Source: a virus
Taxonomy: Duplodnaviria; Caudoviricetes
Length of the DNA stretch: 63,582 nt
IMG/VR virus record: IMGVR_UViG_3300036846_000316
Location: 1-63,582 of that record
Direction: 5' to 3' (one strand)
The notes under the pieces are model-generated. The model had not been told where the DNA came from. It searched no databases and saw only the letters and a program-made list of their open reading frames with translations. This document shows, piece by piece, positions 19,178 to 28,523 of the stretch (positions within the stretch are counted from its first letter, which is position 1; every line of letters begins with the position of its first letter). Made by a program: the position numbers and the translations under genes.

Positions 19178-19323
19178 CACTTCCTCTTGATCTTGCCGCC
19201 CTTCTTCATCGCGGCCATCTGCTTCTTGTCGAGGGCGATGTCGGCCTTCGACCCTTCCTTCACGCCCTTGGGATCGACGTCCTTGCCGGACTTCTCGAAC
19301 GACTTCAGTGTCATCTTCGCCAT
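19177..19323 (-). CDS. 48-aa Lys-rich protein with C-terminal MKKGGKI motif (not in ORF track)
   Basis: [48 protein letters not shown]; TGATG coupling at both ends. Confidence 0.7.
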   Translation of the reverse strand: MAKMTLKSFEKSGKDVDPKGVKEGSKADIALDKKQMAAMKKGGKIKRK

Positions 19324-19667
19324 CACTTGCTCCATGTTTTGTGGTTCATCACTTTGCCGCCACGCGCGAACAGTTGCTTGGGATCGTAGACGCCTGTGCG
19401 GATCGCGTCGCCCCAGTTGTCGACCTTGTGCCGTATCCGGCCTTTCAGATCGTCGGAGTACTCGTAGACCGGGCGGTTGTTCGGCGGGGCATCCGGCTTG
19501 GTCGGCGGGGTCTTGGGAACGCTGCCGCCATCCTCGAACCGGACGCCCTGCTTCTTGTCGGCGTTAACGAAGTCGCGGCCGACCTTCTGGCTGACGCCGC
19601 CGTAGCCGCCCGGTGTGTGGGCAGCGGCGCGCATCAGGTTCTGTTGGGGCTTGGATACGGTGGGCAT
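19323..19667 (-). CDS. Small basic protein with FEDGG and FARGG motifs
   Basis: GGAGG RBS before [12 protein letters not shown]. Confidence 0.7.
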   Translation of the reverse strand: MPTVSKPQQNLMRAAAHTPGGYGGVSQKVGRDFVNADKKQGVRFEDGGSVPKTPPTKPDAPPNNRPVYEYSDDLKGRIRHKVDNWGDAIRTGVYDPKQLFARGGKVMNHKTWSK

Positions 19668-19669
19668 GG

Positions 19670-19849
19670 TTACCTCCAGTGGTAGTCCCCGAGCCCGCCG
19701 CCGAAGAACAGCACCACGAGGACCAGCAGGATGATCAGGAACACGCCGGACGGCCAGTAGCCATAGCCGTAGCTGGTCATGTACGGCCACGACGGCAGGG
19801 CTCCGAAGATCAGGACCAGCAGCACGACGAGCACGAGGATGGCGATCAT
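19670..19849 (-). CDS. DUF3309-like small membrane protein
   Basis: [28 protein letters not shown] pattern. Confidence 0.75.
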   Translation of the reverse strand: MIAILVLVVLLVLIFGALPSWPYMTSYGYGYWPSGVFLIILLVLVVLFFGGGLGDYHWR

Positions 19850-19850
19850 G

Positions 19851-20063
19851 TCAGTCTCCCTTGTCGACGCAGTGGCAGCCGACGTGCGTACCCCCAATTG
19901 ATATCGCATACTTAGACCCGACGTTCCACTCGATCACGTTGCACTTGACCTCGTGCTCACACTTCAGGGTCGGCGTGACCTGCACCACGTCGACCTGCTT
20001 GGAACAGCCAGCGAGCATCAGCATGATCACGCCCCGGGCGTGACTAAGGGCTTTTCTTCCCAC
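19851..20063 (-). CDS. Possible small Cys-rich lipoprotein (start uncertain)
   Basis: MLMLAGC lipobox-like sequence. Confidence 0.4.
   Translation of the reverse strand: MGRKALSHARGVIMLMLAGCSKQVDVVQVTPTLKCEHEVKCNVIEWNVGSKYAISIGGTHVGCHCVDKGD
20027..20043. repeat. 17-bp palindrome (copy 8)
   Basis: Exact; abuts the stop of ORF 20044-20244. Confidence 0.95.
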
Positions 20064-20244
20064 TCAACGCCTTCCGCACATTGCGGTCCGCGCCGACGTT
20101 GGACATGCCGCCGATCATCGCCGACACCTTCACGTCGGTGCCCGCTCCCTTCAGCGGCTTGTCGCTGATCTCCTTGGTCTTGGCCTTCTTGCCGACCCGG
20201 CTGCTCATGTCCCTGTCGGCGTTGCCGAACTTCTGCGCGACCAT
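20044..20244 (-). CDS. Small Lys-rich protein
   Basis: AGGAGG RBS before MVAQKFG. Confidence 0.6.
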   Translation of the reverse strand: MVAQKFGNADRDMSSRVGKKAKTKEISDKPLKGAGTDVKVSAMIGGMSNVGADRNVRKALSGKKSP

Positions 20245-20252
20245 GGTTCCTC

Positions 20253-23200
20253 CTACTGAACGTTGTACATGCTGTAGCGCGGCATCAGCGTCTGATTGCG
20301 CCGGGACATCGTCACCCCGAGCATCGACGGGTCGGCGGTCTGCTTCGCGGCGTAGCGCTGGCGGGCCTTGTACAGGTCGCCGAGCGTCATCTTGCTCTCG
20401 GGCCACTTCGCATTGAAGCTGTCGATCAGGTTGCGGCCGACCGAGACCCGCTCCTTGTCGCTGGCGTTGGCGTAAATCTCGAACGCCCGGTTCTTGTCGG
20501 TCGAGATTTGCCGGATGTCCTCGCGCATCGCATGGCGCTTGTCGCCCGCCCGCTGCTGGCGCGAGGTCTGCGCGCCCAGCGCCTGCACGCCGGTCTCCCA
20601 CCACTCGGGCTGGATGCCCTGCGGCAGGCCGGTCGGCGTCCTGAACTGCGGCCCACCCAACTGCCTGCGGAGCGCAGCCGACGTGTCGGCGATGGTCTTG
20701 ACCGGCAGCAGGCGTTCCGCCCCGTTGAAGAACGAATGTTCCGCTTCGGTGTAGCGTCCGTTCACCAGATGGCCGACGCTGTTGGTCATGTCGCTCAGCC
20801 CCTGAATGGCGTCGACCGCGTAGCCCCCGGGCGCGCCCGCCACGAAGTGACCAGCCGCCTGCCACCAGTCGCTCGGCCGGTTGCCCAGCGCGCCGAAGGT
20901 CCACAGGCTGTCGTAGCCGGTGCGCTGGCCGATGCCGAGACCGGCGTAGCGGAAGCCGCCCTTGGACAGAAACTCGCCGAGGTCTGGGCCCAAGTACTTC
21001 AGCGACGCCTCGTAGGCCATGCGCTCGGCGTCGTCGCTGTTGAAGCCGGTGAACGGCGACATGACGTTGATCACCGCCTTGATCGGTTCGGTCGGCAGGC
21101 CGAGGTAGCCCGAGGTCATCACCGCCGTGCCGACCATGTAGGCAAGCTGCCGGTACGCCGCCGCCTTCTGCTCGGGCGGCAGGTTGCGGATGTGCGCCGT
21201 CGCCGCGCCGTAGATCGCCCGCATCCAGTGAGACGACATGCGCCCGGCGTAGCGCTTGAACTGGAACATCGGCCGGAACAGCGGGTTGTTGAAGATCGGA
21301 GCCGAGGCGTAGGCGTTGTAGTTGCCCGCCGTCTCGTGGACCGTCTTGCGGGTGTACTCCAGCGCTTCCTCGTGGCTCAGCGTCTTGCCGTTGACGCCGT
21401 GCTCCTTAGCCAGCCGGTAGGCCGCCAGTCCGATGCCCGCGCGGTTCACGCCTTCGATGTGGCTGTTGATCTGGCGCGACATGTGATCGGACCAGTCGAG
21501 GACGCTGCCTCTGCGCGACGGGTCGTACATCTGCTCCAGTTCGAGCCCAGCGTTGCGGTCCAACTGGCTATGCTGCTCCATGTGCTGCAGCACCTTCACC
21601 GCCTCGGGATCGTGGCGGACGTTGTCGATCAGCCTGCCGTACAGGTCGCCCTGCCGCAGCGCCGACCGCCACGGCCGGAACGACGGGGTGTCGCCGCCGA
21701 TGAACGACTTGCCCGCTCCCTTGAAGCCCGCGCCGATGGTCTCGTACTTGCGCACGTCGCGGAGCGCCCGCCACAGCGCCGGGTAGGCACGCCAGCCGAA
21801 CTGGCCCGCCAGCGCCGGAGCCGTCGCGGTCCACGGCTCGATGGTCTGCAAAATCCAGAAGAACGGCGACGCCAGCTTGTCGAGGTAGGACATGCGCAAC
21901 AGCGTCGTCAGCTTCTTCGACCACCACGGATCGACCACCTCGTTGGGATGGCGCATCGCCCGCTTGTGCAGCGTCGCTTGGACCCGGGCGTTCGTGATAC
22001 CGAACTTGCCCTGCGGATCGGTCGGCGACCCGTGGTAGCTGTTGTCCCTGACGTAGTCGTCCATGCCCTTCAGCGCGTCCGCCAGTTCGGTCCGGTGCTC
22101 CAGCCCGGCCAAGGTGTGCGCGGTGTTCTTGTGATACTCAAGGAAGTTGCGGATCATGTCCTTGCGCGCGCCTTGGGCGAAGGTCCGCTTCATCATGGTC
22201 GAGCGCGCCGACGTCGACATCATGGTGCGGATGCCCGCCTCCTTGAGATCGCGCAGCAACATTGCCCGGCTGGTCTCGTCCATGTCCCGGTAGCCTTTGC
22301 CGTTGATCACCCCGCGCTCCATCTCGCGGTAGATGCGGTCGGCCTTCGCCGGGTCGACGTAGGTCCTGTTGTGGTCGCGGATCGGCGCGACGTGGTTCAG
22401 CATCAGGTGGCCCAGATTGGCTTCGGTCTGCAGTTCGCGATGCCGGGCTTCGGCTTCGGCCTGCCGCTCGTGGAACTCCAGCAGCAGCGGGTTGAAGCTG
22501 CTGCGGTACTTGACGATCCCTTCGTCGCCCGCGTCCTTGGGCTTCACGCGCTTGGCCAGCCCCTCGGTGGTCGTCGTGTGGTAGCCCGGCTCCAGTTCGT
22601 CGCCGGTCGTGCGGGTGCGCTCGCCATACTCGGTCAGCAGGATCGGCTTGCCGTTGGTGTCGCGCATCATGTGGCCGTTCTCGTCCTTGGCGTAGACCAC
22701 GTCACTGTTGCCGTTGAAGTGCACACCCTTGAACCGGGGGTCGTTCATGACCTCGCGGATGAAAGCGGCACGCTCCTCCGGGGTGTCGTGCTCGAACTCG
22801 CCGCTCGGCCGACCGTCGTCGCGAGCAATCTGAGAGCCGCGTCCCTTCAGGCTGTCCATGTCGTAGCGGGCTTCGGTCACCCAGTCGCCGCGCCGCATCG
22901 ACGGAGCCCACACCGGCAAGGTGCGGAACATCGGGTTCGCCCTGATCTGGGCAACCTCGCGCCGGAAGTACGCGTGCTGCGCCGTGTCGGTCGGATCGTA
23001 GCCCGGCACGAACCGGGTCAGCGCCCGCTGCTCGCGCTCGCTGAGCGCCTTGTCGCCGTGCAGGATGTAGGTCATCAGCCGAGGCTTGATGCCGCCCGGC
23101 GCGCCGTCGGCGACCAGACCCTTGGCGTCGATCAATCCGCTCATGGTGTGCTGCAGCATCGCCTCGTGCTTGTCGTCGAACGACTTCTGCATGTCCTCCC

Positions 23201-26200
23201 AAAGCTGGTGCTGGACCGGCGTCATGGCGTCCCAGCGCGCCTTCAGTTCCGGGTACATCTCGCGCTGCTGGATGTGGGCGTCACTGTCGGTGATGTGGGC
23301 GTTGCGCCCCTCGCCCAGCGGATCGCCGCCGTGCATCGTGTAGTGGTTCGCCAAGTCCTGATAGTCCTGCAGTTCGTCGTACGCCCGGCTGTTGACCCGC
23401 TCCACATCGGACACCCGCTCGCCGAGCGCTTCGATCTCGGGGTTGTACTGGTGGCGGCGGCCGGTGGCATTGATGCGATCCAGCACCCCGCTGACGTTGC
23501 TTGCGTGCCCCTGCATGCCTGTGTCGCCCCGGTGCTCGACGTCGCTCAGGTTATGCAGGTCGAGCGGCAGGTTGCCGCTCTTGAGATAGGTCTTGAGCGC
23601 ACTGAAGCGGTTGTTGGCGTCGGCCGACTTGCGCAGCGCGTACTCCTTCGCCTCGGTCATCGAGATCGGCCGGGCGACGTCGGTCGGCGTCGGGCGCTGC
23701 CGTCCACCCTCGCGGATGCTCTGGAACAGATCGAGCGAGTTGATCACCGCGTCGTTCAGCAGGCGCTTCTTGCTGACCAAGAAGAACAGTTTGGACATCG
23801 CCCGCTTGAGCAGGCCCAGCGTGCGGGCCAGCATGGTGGTGCGCTCGGCAGGGGGCGCGAACGCCTCGCGCTCGCCCCGGCTAGTCTGCACCCGCGACAG
23901 AGCGTCCATCAGCCTGCCGTCGTCGGAGTACAGGTGCGACAGGAACTCGTGCACGTTGCTGAGCGACTGCGGCAGGTCCTCGTTGCCCAGCACCGCCCGC
24001 AGTTCCGGGTTCGCGAACTCGCCGCGCGCGTTCCGGCCGTAGTACATGTCGGACAACGTCTGACGCACGGCGTCGAGACGGTTGGCGATCTCGGGGAACT
24101 TCTCGATGGCGACCTCGGTCATCGGGTGACCGAACTCGTGCAGCAGGACCTCGCGCAGCCGCGCCGGGTTGGCGGCTATCGTACGGTCGATCAGAATGCG
24201 ATGAGTGCGCGCATCGTAGAACCCTTCGGTCCCCTCCGGCATGGCGCGCCGCTCGTTCGCCAGCCGCATCTGCTCGCCGGTCAGCATGACCACGTCGGCG
24301 TCGCCTGCGACCTCGTGGACGATGTCGAGGTAGTGGTTGCGCAGCACCGCCTGCTCGGATCGGTCGCCCGGGTCCGGCCGCAGCCGGAGATGCTTCAGGG
24401 CTCTGCCGTTGAGCAGGTTGTCGACGCTGCGCACCGTCGCCCCGGCGGGCAGGTGCGCGCGGTTGCTCAGGTCACCCGCCGGGTCGAGCACGCGGCCCAG
24501 CCCGTAGTCCTCGTTGACCATGCGCGGCGACATCTCCATCCGCAGCCGCCGGGTCTGGGTTTCGAGATCGCGCAGTTCCTCCTGCAGGGCCACCCGGTGT
24601 TCGGTGTTCTCCCGCAACTGGGTCGCCCGTTCGAGCGAGCCTTCCGGGGCCGTTGGGTACTGCGGGTCGAGTTGCAGTTCGTCGTTGATCTCCTCGGCCC
24701 GCACCTGCAGGTCGGCCATCCGCTGCTCGCGGTCCTGCTGCGTCGGCTCGCTCGGCTGTTCGTGCGCCAGCCTGCGCTTGGCGCTGTCCTGCCGCGTGCG
24801 GGCAAGCTCGCGTTCCCGCTGGATGCCTTCCGCCTCGGTGTCACCCGTCAGGAAGCGGTTCGCCCACTCCAACTGCAGCCGCCGCATGTGGGTGTGCATG
24901 TCGCGGTACATCCGGTCGTTCTGCAGATCGGTGAGCCCCGGGATGTTCTCCAAGAACTGGGTCGGGTCGTAGTCGCGACCGCCGATGTCCTCGATCCCCT
25001 CCTGCATGTCGAGCACGCGCGCAAGTTCGGACTTGAGTTGGCTGATCGACCGCTTGCGGTTGAACGTGGCGTCGGGCGACGTGTCGGTCGGCTTCTCCGC
25101 CTGCATCGCATCCAACTGCCGCTGCAGGTTGTTGGCGCGCTGCTTCAGCCAGTCGTATGCCTCCTCCTGCTTGTTGCGGCTGTAGACGTCGGCCACGTCG
25201 TACCGCCCTTGAGCCATCAGCTTCTCGCGCACGAGGACGTCGTGCATGACGTCGCGCAAGTGCTCCAAGTTCAGCAGCGCCAGCTTCTGGGGACTGTCCT
25301 TGGTACGGTCCACGCCGACCAACTGGCGCAGGGTCGCGGCCTGCTTCTTGAGATCGAACAGGCGGCCGTACCATTCGTACAGCTTGCTGCGCGTGCCCGG
25401 CACGCCCCAGCCCACCGGCTTCTCGCCTTGCGCCACCATCCGGTCGCGCGTGGCCTTCATCTCGCCGGTGATGCGATTGACCTGCTGCTCCAGCAACGAC
25501 GCAATGGCGCGCCCCGCCTCCATCGCCCGCTGCTTGCTGATCTTCGTCGGGTCGGAAAAGATGTCGGGCTCGTCCTTCGACGGCGACGCCAGCAGCTTCT
25601 CGATGGCGTCGGCAGTCTCCTTCTGTCCCGACGTGTAGGCGTTCTCGATCACCCGCTCCCGCTCCCGGTAGGCTGGTGCCCGGACAGCCCGCTTGCGCGC
25701 CGCGTCGGTCTCCTTCCGCCGGGCTTGGTCGTGCAGGTAGAAGGTCATCGCGCGGACCTTGGGGTTCTGCGCGATCAGGTCCTTGAACGTCTTGTCGAGG
25801 ATGTTCCGCGCCCGCGCGGTCCGTTCGTTGTCGGCGAGTTCACGGTTGATGCGCGCCGAAACTTCTCTGATCGTCGCGTCCTTGGCTTCTGCTTCGGTGA
25901 CCGGCGCGCGGCGCGCTTCCTGCAACTCGATGTGCTCCTTGAGCCGCCGCGTTTCGGCGATCCGCTCAAGCTCGTGCGCCGAGATGCCCTCGGGCTCCTC
26001 GGGTTCCTCGCCGCGCTTGCGCGCTTCGTACTCTCGCTCCTGCCGCGCTTCCTCGGCCGCATGCTCCTCGGCGGTGAGCCCTTCGCGCTTCGGTTCGGTG
26101 ATGATGCGCCTGCCTTCACCTTCCTGCGGTTGACGGACGTTGCGCCGGGCAGCCGCCAACTCCTCCTCGGTCCGGGGCTCGCGCGGCTCGGAGACCGGCG

Positions 26201-28520
26201 TGGCAATAGGATGTTCGACGTCAGTGAGAACTCGCGGCCCCCGTTCGTCACGCCCGGGGCGTGACACGCCTGCCGCTTCGTCGCGTTGCGCCGCCCGCTG
26301 GGCAGCCGCCTCGCGCTCCTCGTTGATCATCTGCTGTTCGCGCGCTTCGGCGCGCTGACGAGCCCGGCGGATCAGAGCCTGACCGCGCGTCGGCGTGCGC
26401 GGGCCGGTCGCCCGCAGCGGCTCGCCGGTCAGACTTGCCATGCGAGCGGCTGTGCCGGGGGCGAAGCGGCCTTGTGGTGTCAGGCCAATGTCTTCCAGCC
26501 GTCCTTTGCGCGGCCGTCCTGCAGCGCCGCGCAGGTAGGGCTTCTCCTCTGAAACCGGCCGGGCTTCGCCGTACTCACCCGTCGGCTCGCTCGGCCGGTT
26601 CAGCGGGCCTTGGTAGCCGCGCCGCTGCTCGGGGGTTAGCGCTTGCTCTTGCGCCCGGTACGCTTGGTCTTCGACGTCCGACGAGAGGCCCCGGTACGCT
26701 TCGGGCGGGACTTCGCGGCGGTCTTGCGCTTGGGCTTCGGCTTGCGGCCTAGAGACGGGGGCATGGGGTTCCTGTTCTGCTGGGGGAGCGATGGGCTCCG
26801 GTTCGGCGATCCGCGCGCCTTCGCGGCCGAGCAGAGTGTCGATCACCCCTTGGGGATCACGCGCCACCGCATCCACGACCGCGCGATGATCCTCGGGGGA
26901 CAAGGTATCGCGCATCACGCGCTTCATCGACGGATGAAGCCTGTTCCACATAACTCTGGATACACCTTTGTCAAGTGCGCTCTGAATGGAAGATGCCCAC
27001 TGTTGGCGCACTGCATGAGGCACGCTCTGCGCTATCGCTTCCAGCGGCGACGGCGGCGGCTTGTACAGATCGTCGGCGGCGGTGTTCTCCGGTCCTTCCG
27101 GCCAGCGCTGCTGCCACTGCGGGTCATGCGCTGCCGGAGGCGGAGGCGGCTTTGGCGGCTCCCTGAAATCCTCCGGCCCCCACTGGCCCGGCGGACGCGG
27201 CGGCGTCACCGGAGGCCGGGGAGACGGCGTGGTCATGTCACTCCAATCCTCCCGCCCGGCCGGGGGTGCCGCCGGTTGTTCGGGCATTCCCGGCCGCTGC
27301 GGCTGCGGCTCGGTCGGTCTCGTCGGCTGCTCGGTCGGCTTCGGCTGAGCCAACTGGCTGGTCGCTGCCGCCGTGATGTCCTCGCCCAGATCGTTAGCGT
27401 CCGTGGTGCCCTTGACCGTCGCCGGTCGCGTCGGTCGCGTCGGCGTCCCTTCGTATGCCGCCTGCGGATTGTCCGGGTTCATGATCATCGCCGCTTCTTC
27501 CGGCGACACCGGCCGAGGCGTGCCCGGGTACTTGCGAACCTCCGCCGTCGGGCCGTACTCCCGGTACGGCCGTGCACGCGGACCGCCGATCAGACCCATC
27601 GGACCGAACACCGCCGCACCCTCGCCCGCTTGCGCCGCGACCGTGCCCCAGTCGATGCTCTTGTTCGGATCGAGGTTGGTGCCCTGCATCTGGCTGGACA
27701 GTGCGCTGCCACCCTGCTGCGCAGCACCACCGAGCGCCGCTTCCACGCCCCCCACCCCCGCGCGCTGCGCCATGCCCTTCGTCGACAGGGCGTCGAGGTT
27801 CTTCAGCACGTTAGTGGTCAGCCAGTCCCCGACAGTGCGTTGCGCGGCTCGGGTCAGCAGGACCTTGGCCGCGCCCGCGCCAATCGCACTGCCCGCCACG
27901 TTCGGCAACGCCGTCAGCAGGTTCTTCATCTTGGTCGGGTCGTTGTTGCGAGCGAACAGGTTGTCGCGCGCTTCGTCGTCCGACACACCGTTGGAAATAT
28001 CCTGTGCGTAGCCCGGGTCGTTCTTCAGGTCGTCGGGCGTCGCTTCCCTGATCCGCTTGTGCAGTTCGGCCTGCACCTGCCCATAGCCGATCCCGGCAGC
28101 GACGAACGGCGCGGCATAGCCGGTCGCTGCCACAGGAGCGAACGGCACCAGCCCGGTGGCCGTCCGAGTGAGTTCGTCGACCGGCGTCTTGGTCCAGCCG
28201 TGCGCCTCGGGGTGTTCCTCGCGATACTGCCCCGTCGCCGACTTGCCGCTCTTGAGCCATGTGTCGAGGTCTTCAAGTGCCGTCAGGTTCTCATTCTGCG
28301 TCTTCCTGTCCACCATGTCGGGAGCGGCCGTGCTGATCGCCGCCTTGGCCCCCGTCGTCGCTCCTGCAAGGCCGACCACGCCCCGCGCAACGTCGATGCC
28401 GGTGTCCTTCGCGTAGCCCCACAGGCCGCGCTCGGGCGGCGGCTTATCCTCGGGAGCGGTGTTCGCCCCCATGCCAGCGGTGTTGAACTGGAAGTCGTCG
28501 TACGGCGTCTTGTCAGCCAT
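20253..28520 (-). CDS. Large internal virion / ejection protein, polyvalent-type (zincin motif, PLxRFG-like region)
   Basis: 2755 aa at the end of the virion module; GFYD...EVLLHEFGH...HEF zincin; WAPSMRRGDW resembles PLxRFG. Confidence 0.75.
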   Translation of the reverse strand: MADKTPYDDFQFNTAGMGANTAPEDKPPPERGLWGYAKDTGIDVARGVVGLAGATTGAKAAISTAAPDMVDRKTQNENLTALEDLDTWLKSGKSATGQYREEHPEAHGWTKTPVDELTRTATGLVPFAPVAATGYAAPFVAAGIGYGQVQAELHKRIREATPDDLKNDPGYAQDISNGVSDDEARDNLFARNNDPTKMKNLLTALPNVAGSAIGAGAAKVLLTRAAQRTVGDWLTTNVLKNLDALSTKGMAQRAGVGGVEAALGGAAQQGGSALSSQMQGTNLDPNKSIDWGTVAAQAGEGAAVFGPMGLIGGPRARPYREYGPTAEVRKYPGTPRPVSPEEAAMIMNPDNPQAAYEGTPTRPTRPATVKGTTDANDLGEDITAAATSQLAQPKPTEQPTRPTEPQPQRPGMPEQPAAPPAGREDWSDMTTPSPRPPVTPPRPPGQWGPEDFREPPKPPPPPAAHDPQWQQRWPEGPENTAADDLYKPPPSPLEAIAQSVPHAVRQQWASSIQSALDKGVSRVMWNRLHPSMKRVMRDTLSPEDHRAVVDAVARDPQGVIDTLLGREGARIAEPEPIAPPAEQEPHAPVSRPQAEAQAQDRREVPPEAYRGLSSDVEDQAYRAQEQALTPEQRRGYQGPLNRPSEPTGEYGEARPVSEEKPYLRGAAGRPRKGRLEDIGLTPQGRFAPGTAARMASLTGEPLRATGPRTPTRGQALIRRARQRAEAREQQMINEEREAAAQRAAQRDEAAGVSRPGRDERGPRVLTDVEHPIATPVSEPREPRTEEELAAARRNVRQPQEGEGRRIITEPKREGLTAEEHAAEEARQEREYEARKRGEEPEEPEGISAHELERIAETRRLKEHIELQEARRAPVTEAEAKDATIREVSARINRELADNERTARARNILDKTFKDLIAQNPKVRAMTFYLHDQARRKETDAARKRAVRAPAYRERERVIENAYTSGQKETADAIEKLLASPSKDEPDIFSDPTKISKQRAMEAGRAIASLLEQQVNRITGEMKATRDRMVAQGEKPVGWGVPGTRSKLYEWYGRLFDLKKQAATLRQLVGVDRTKDSPQKLALLNLEHLRDVMHDVLVREKLMAQGRYDVADVYSRNKQEEAYDWLKQRANNLQRQLDAMQAEKPTDTSPDATFNRKRSISQLKSELARVLDMQEGIEDIGGRDYDPTQFLENIPGLTDLQNDRMYRDMHTHMRRLQLEWANRFLTGDTEAEGIQRERELARTRQDSAKRRLAHEQPSEPTQQDREQRMADLQVRAEEINDELQLDPQYPTAPEGSLERATQLRENTEHRVALQEELRDLETQTRRLRMEMSPRMVNEDYGLGRVLDPAGDLSNRAHLPAGATVRSVDNLLNGRALKHLRLRPDPGDRSEQAVLRNHYLDIVHEVAGDADVVMLTGEQMRLANERRAMPEGTEGFYDARTHRILIDRTIAANPARLREVLLHEFGHPMTEVAIEKFPEIANRLDAVRQTLSDMYYGRNARGEFANPELRAVLGNEDLPQSLSNVHEFLSHLYSDDGRLMDALSRVQTSRGEREAFAPPAERTTMLARTLGLLKRAMSKLFFLVSKKRLLNDAVINSLDLFQSIREGGRQRPTPTDVARPISMTEAKEYALRKSADANNRFSALKTYLKSGNLPLDLHNLSDVEHRGDTGMQGHASNVSGVLDRINATGRRHQYNPEIEALGERVSDVERVNSRAYDELQDYQDLANHYTMHGGDPLGEGRNAHITDSDAHIQQREMYPELKARWDAMTPVQHQLWEDMQKSFDDKHEAMLQHTMSGLIDAKGLVADGAPGGIKPRLMTYILHGDKALSEREQRALTRFVPGYDPTDTAQHAYFRREVAQIRANPMFRTLPVWAPSMRRGDWVTEARYDMDSLKGRGSQIARDDGRPSGEFEHDTPEERAAFIREVMNDPRFKGVHFNGNSDVVYAKDENGHMMRDTNGKPILLTEYGERTRTTGDELEPGYHTTTTEGLAKRVKPKDAGDEGIVKYRSSFNPLLLEFHERQAEAEARHRELQTEANLGHLMLNHVAPIRDHNRTYVDPAKADRIYREMERGVINGKGYRDMDETSRAMLLRDLKEAGIRTMMSTSARSTMMKRTFAQGARKDMIRNFLEYHKNTAHTLAGLEHRTELADALKGMDDYVRDNSYHGSPTDPQGKFGITNARVQATLHKRAMRHPNEVVDPWWSKKLTTLLRMSYLDKLASPFFWILQTIEPWTATAPALAGQFGWRAYPALWRALRDVRKYETIGAGFKGAGKSFIGGDTPSFRPWRSALRQGDLYGRLIDNVRHDPEAVKVLQHMEQHSQLDRNAGLELEQMYDPSRRGSVLDWSDHMSRQINSHIEGVNRAGIGLAAYRLAKEHGVNGKTLSHEEALEYTRKTVHETAGNYNAYASAPIFNNPLFRPMFQFKRYAGRMSSHWMRAIYGAATAHIRNLPPEQKAAAYRQLAYMVGTAVMTSGYLGLPTEPIKAVINVMSPFTGFNSDDAERMAYEASLKYLGPDLGEFLSKGGFRYAGLGIGQRTGYDSLWTFGALGNRPSDWWQAAGHFVAGAPGGYAVDAIQGLSDMTNSVGHLVNGRYTEAEHSFFNGAERLLPVKTIADTSAALRRQLGGPQFRTPTGLPQGIQPEWWETGVQALGAQTSRQQRAGDKRHAMREDIRQISTDKNRAFEIYANASDKERVSVGRNLIDSFNAKWPESKMTLGDLYKARQRYAAKQTADPSMLGVTMSRRNQTLMPRYSMYNVQ
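26248..26264. repeat. 17-bp palindrome (copy 9, inside the 2755-aa gene)
   Basis: TCACGCCCGGGGCGTGA; read as SRPGRD. Confidence 0.95.
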
Positions 28521-28523
28521 GGA

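Noticed and set aside
20508-26264. 1918-aa + strand ORF and other long antisense ORFs (e.g. 34480-37281, 26643-28928, 9467-10765)
   Set aside because: Shadow frames of GC-rich genes on the opposite strand; no motifs or RBS.
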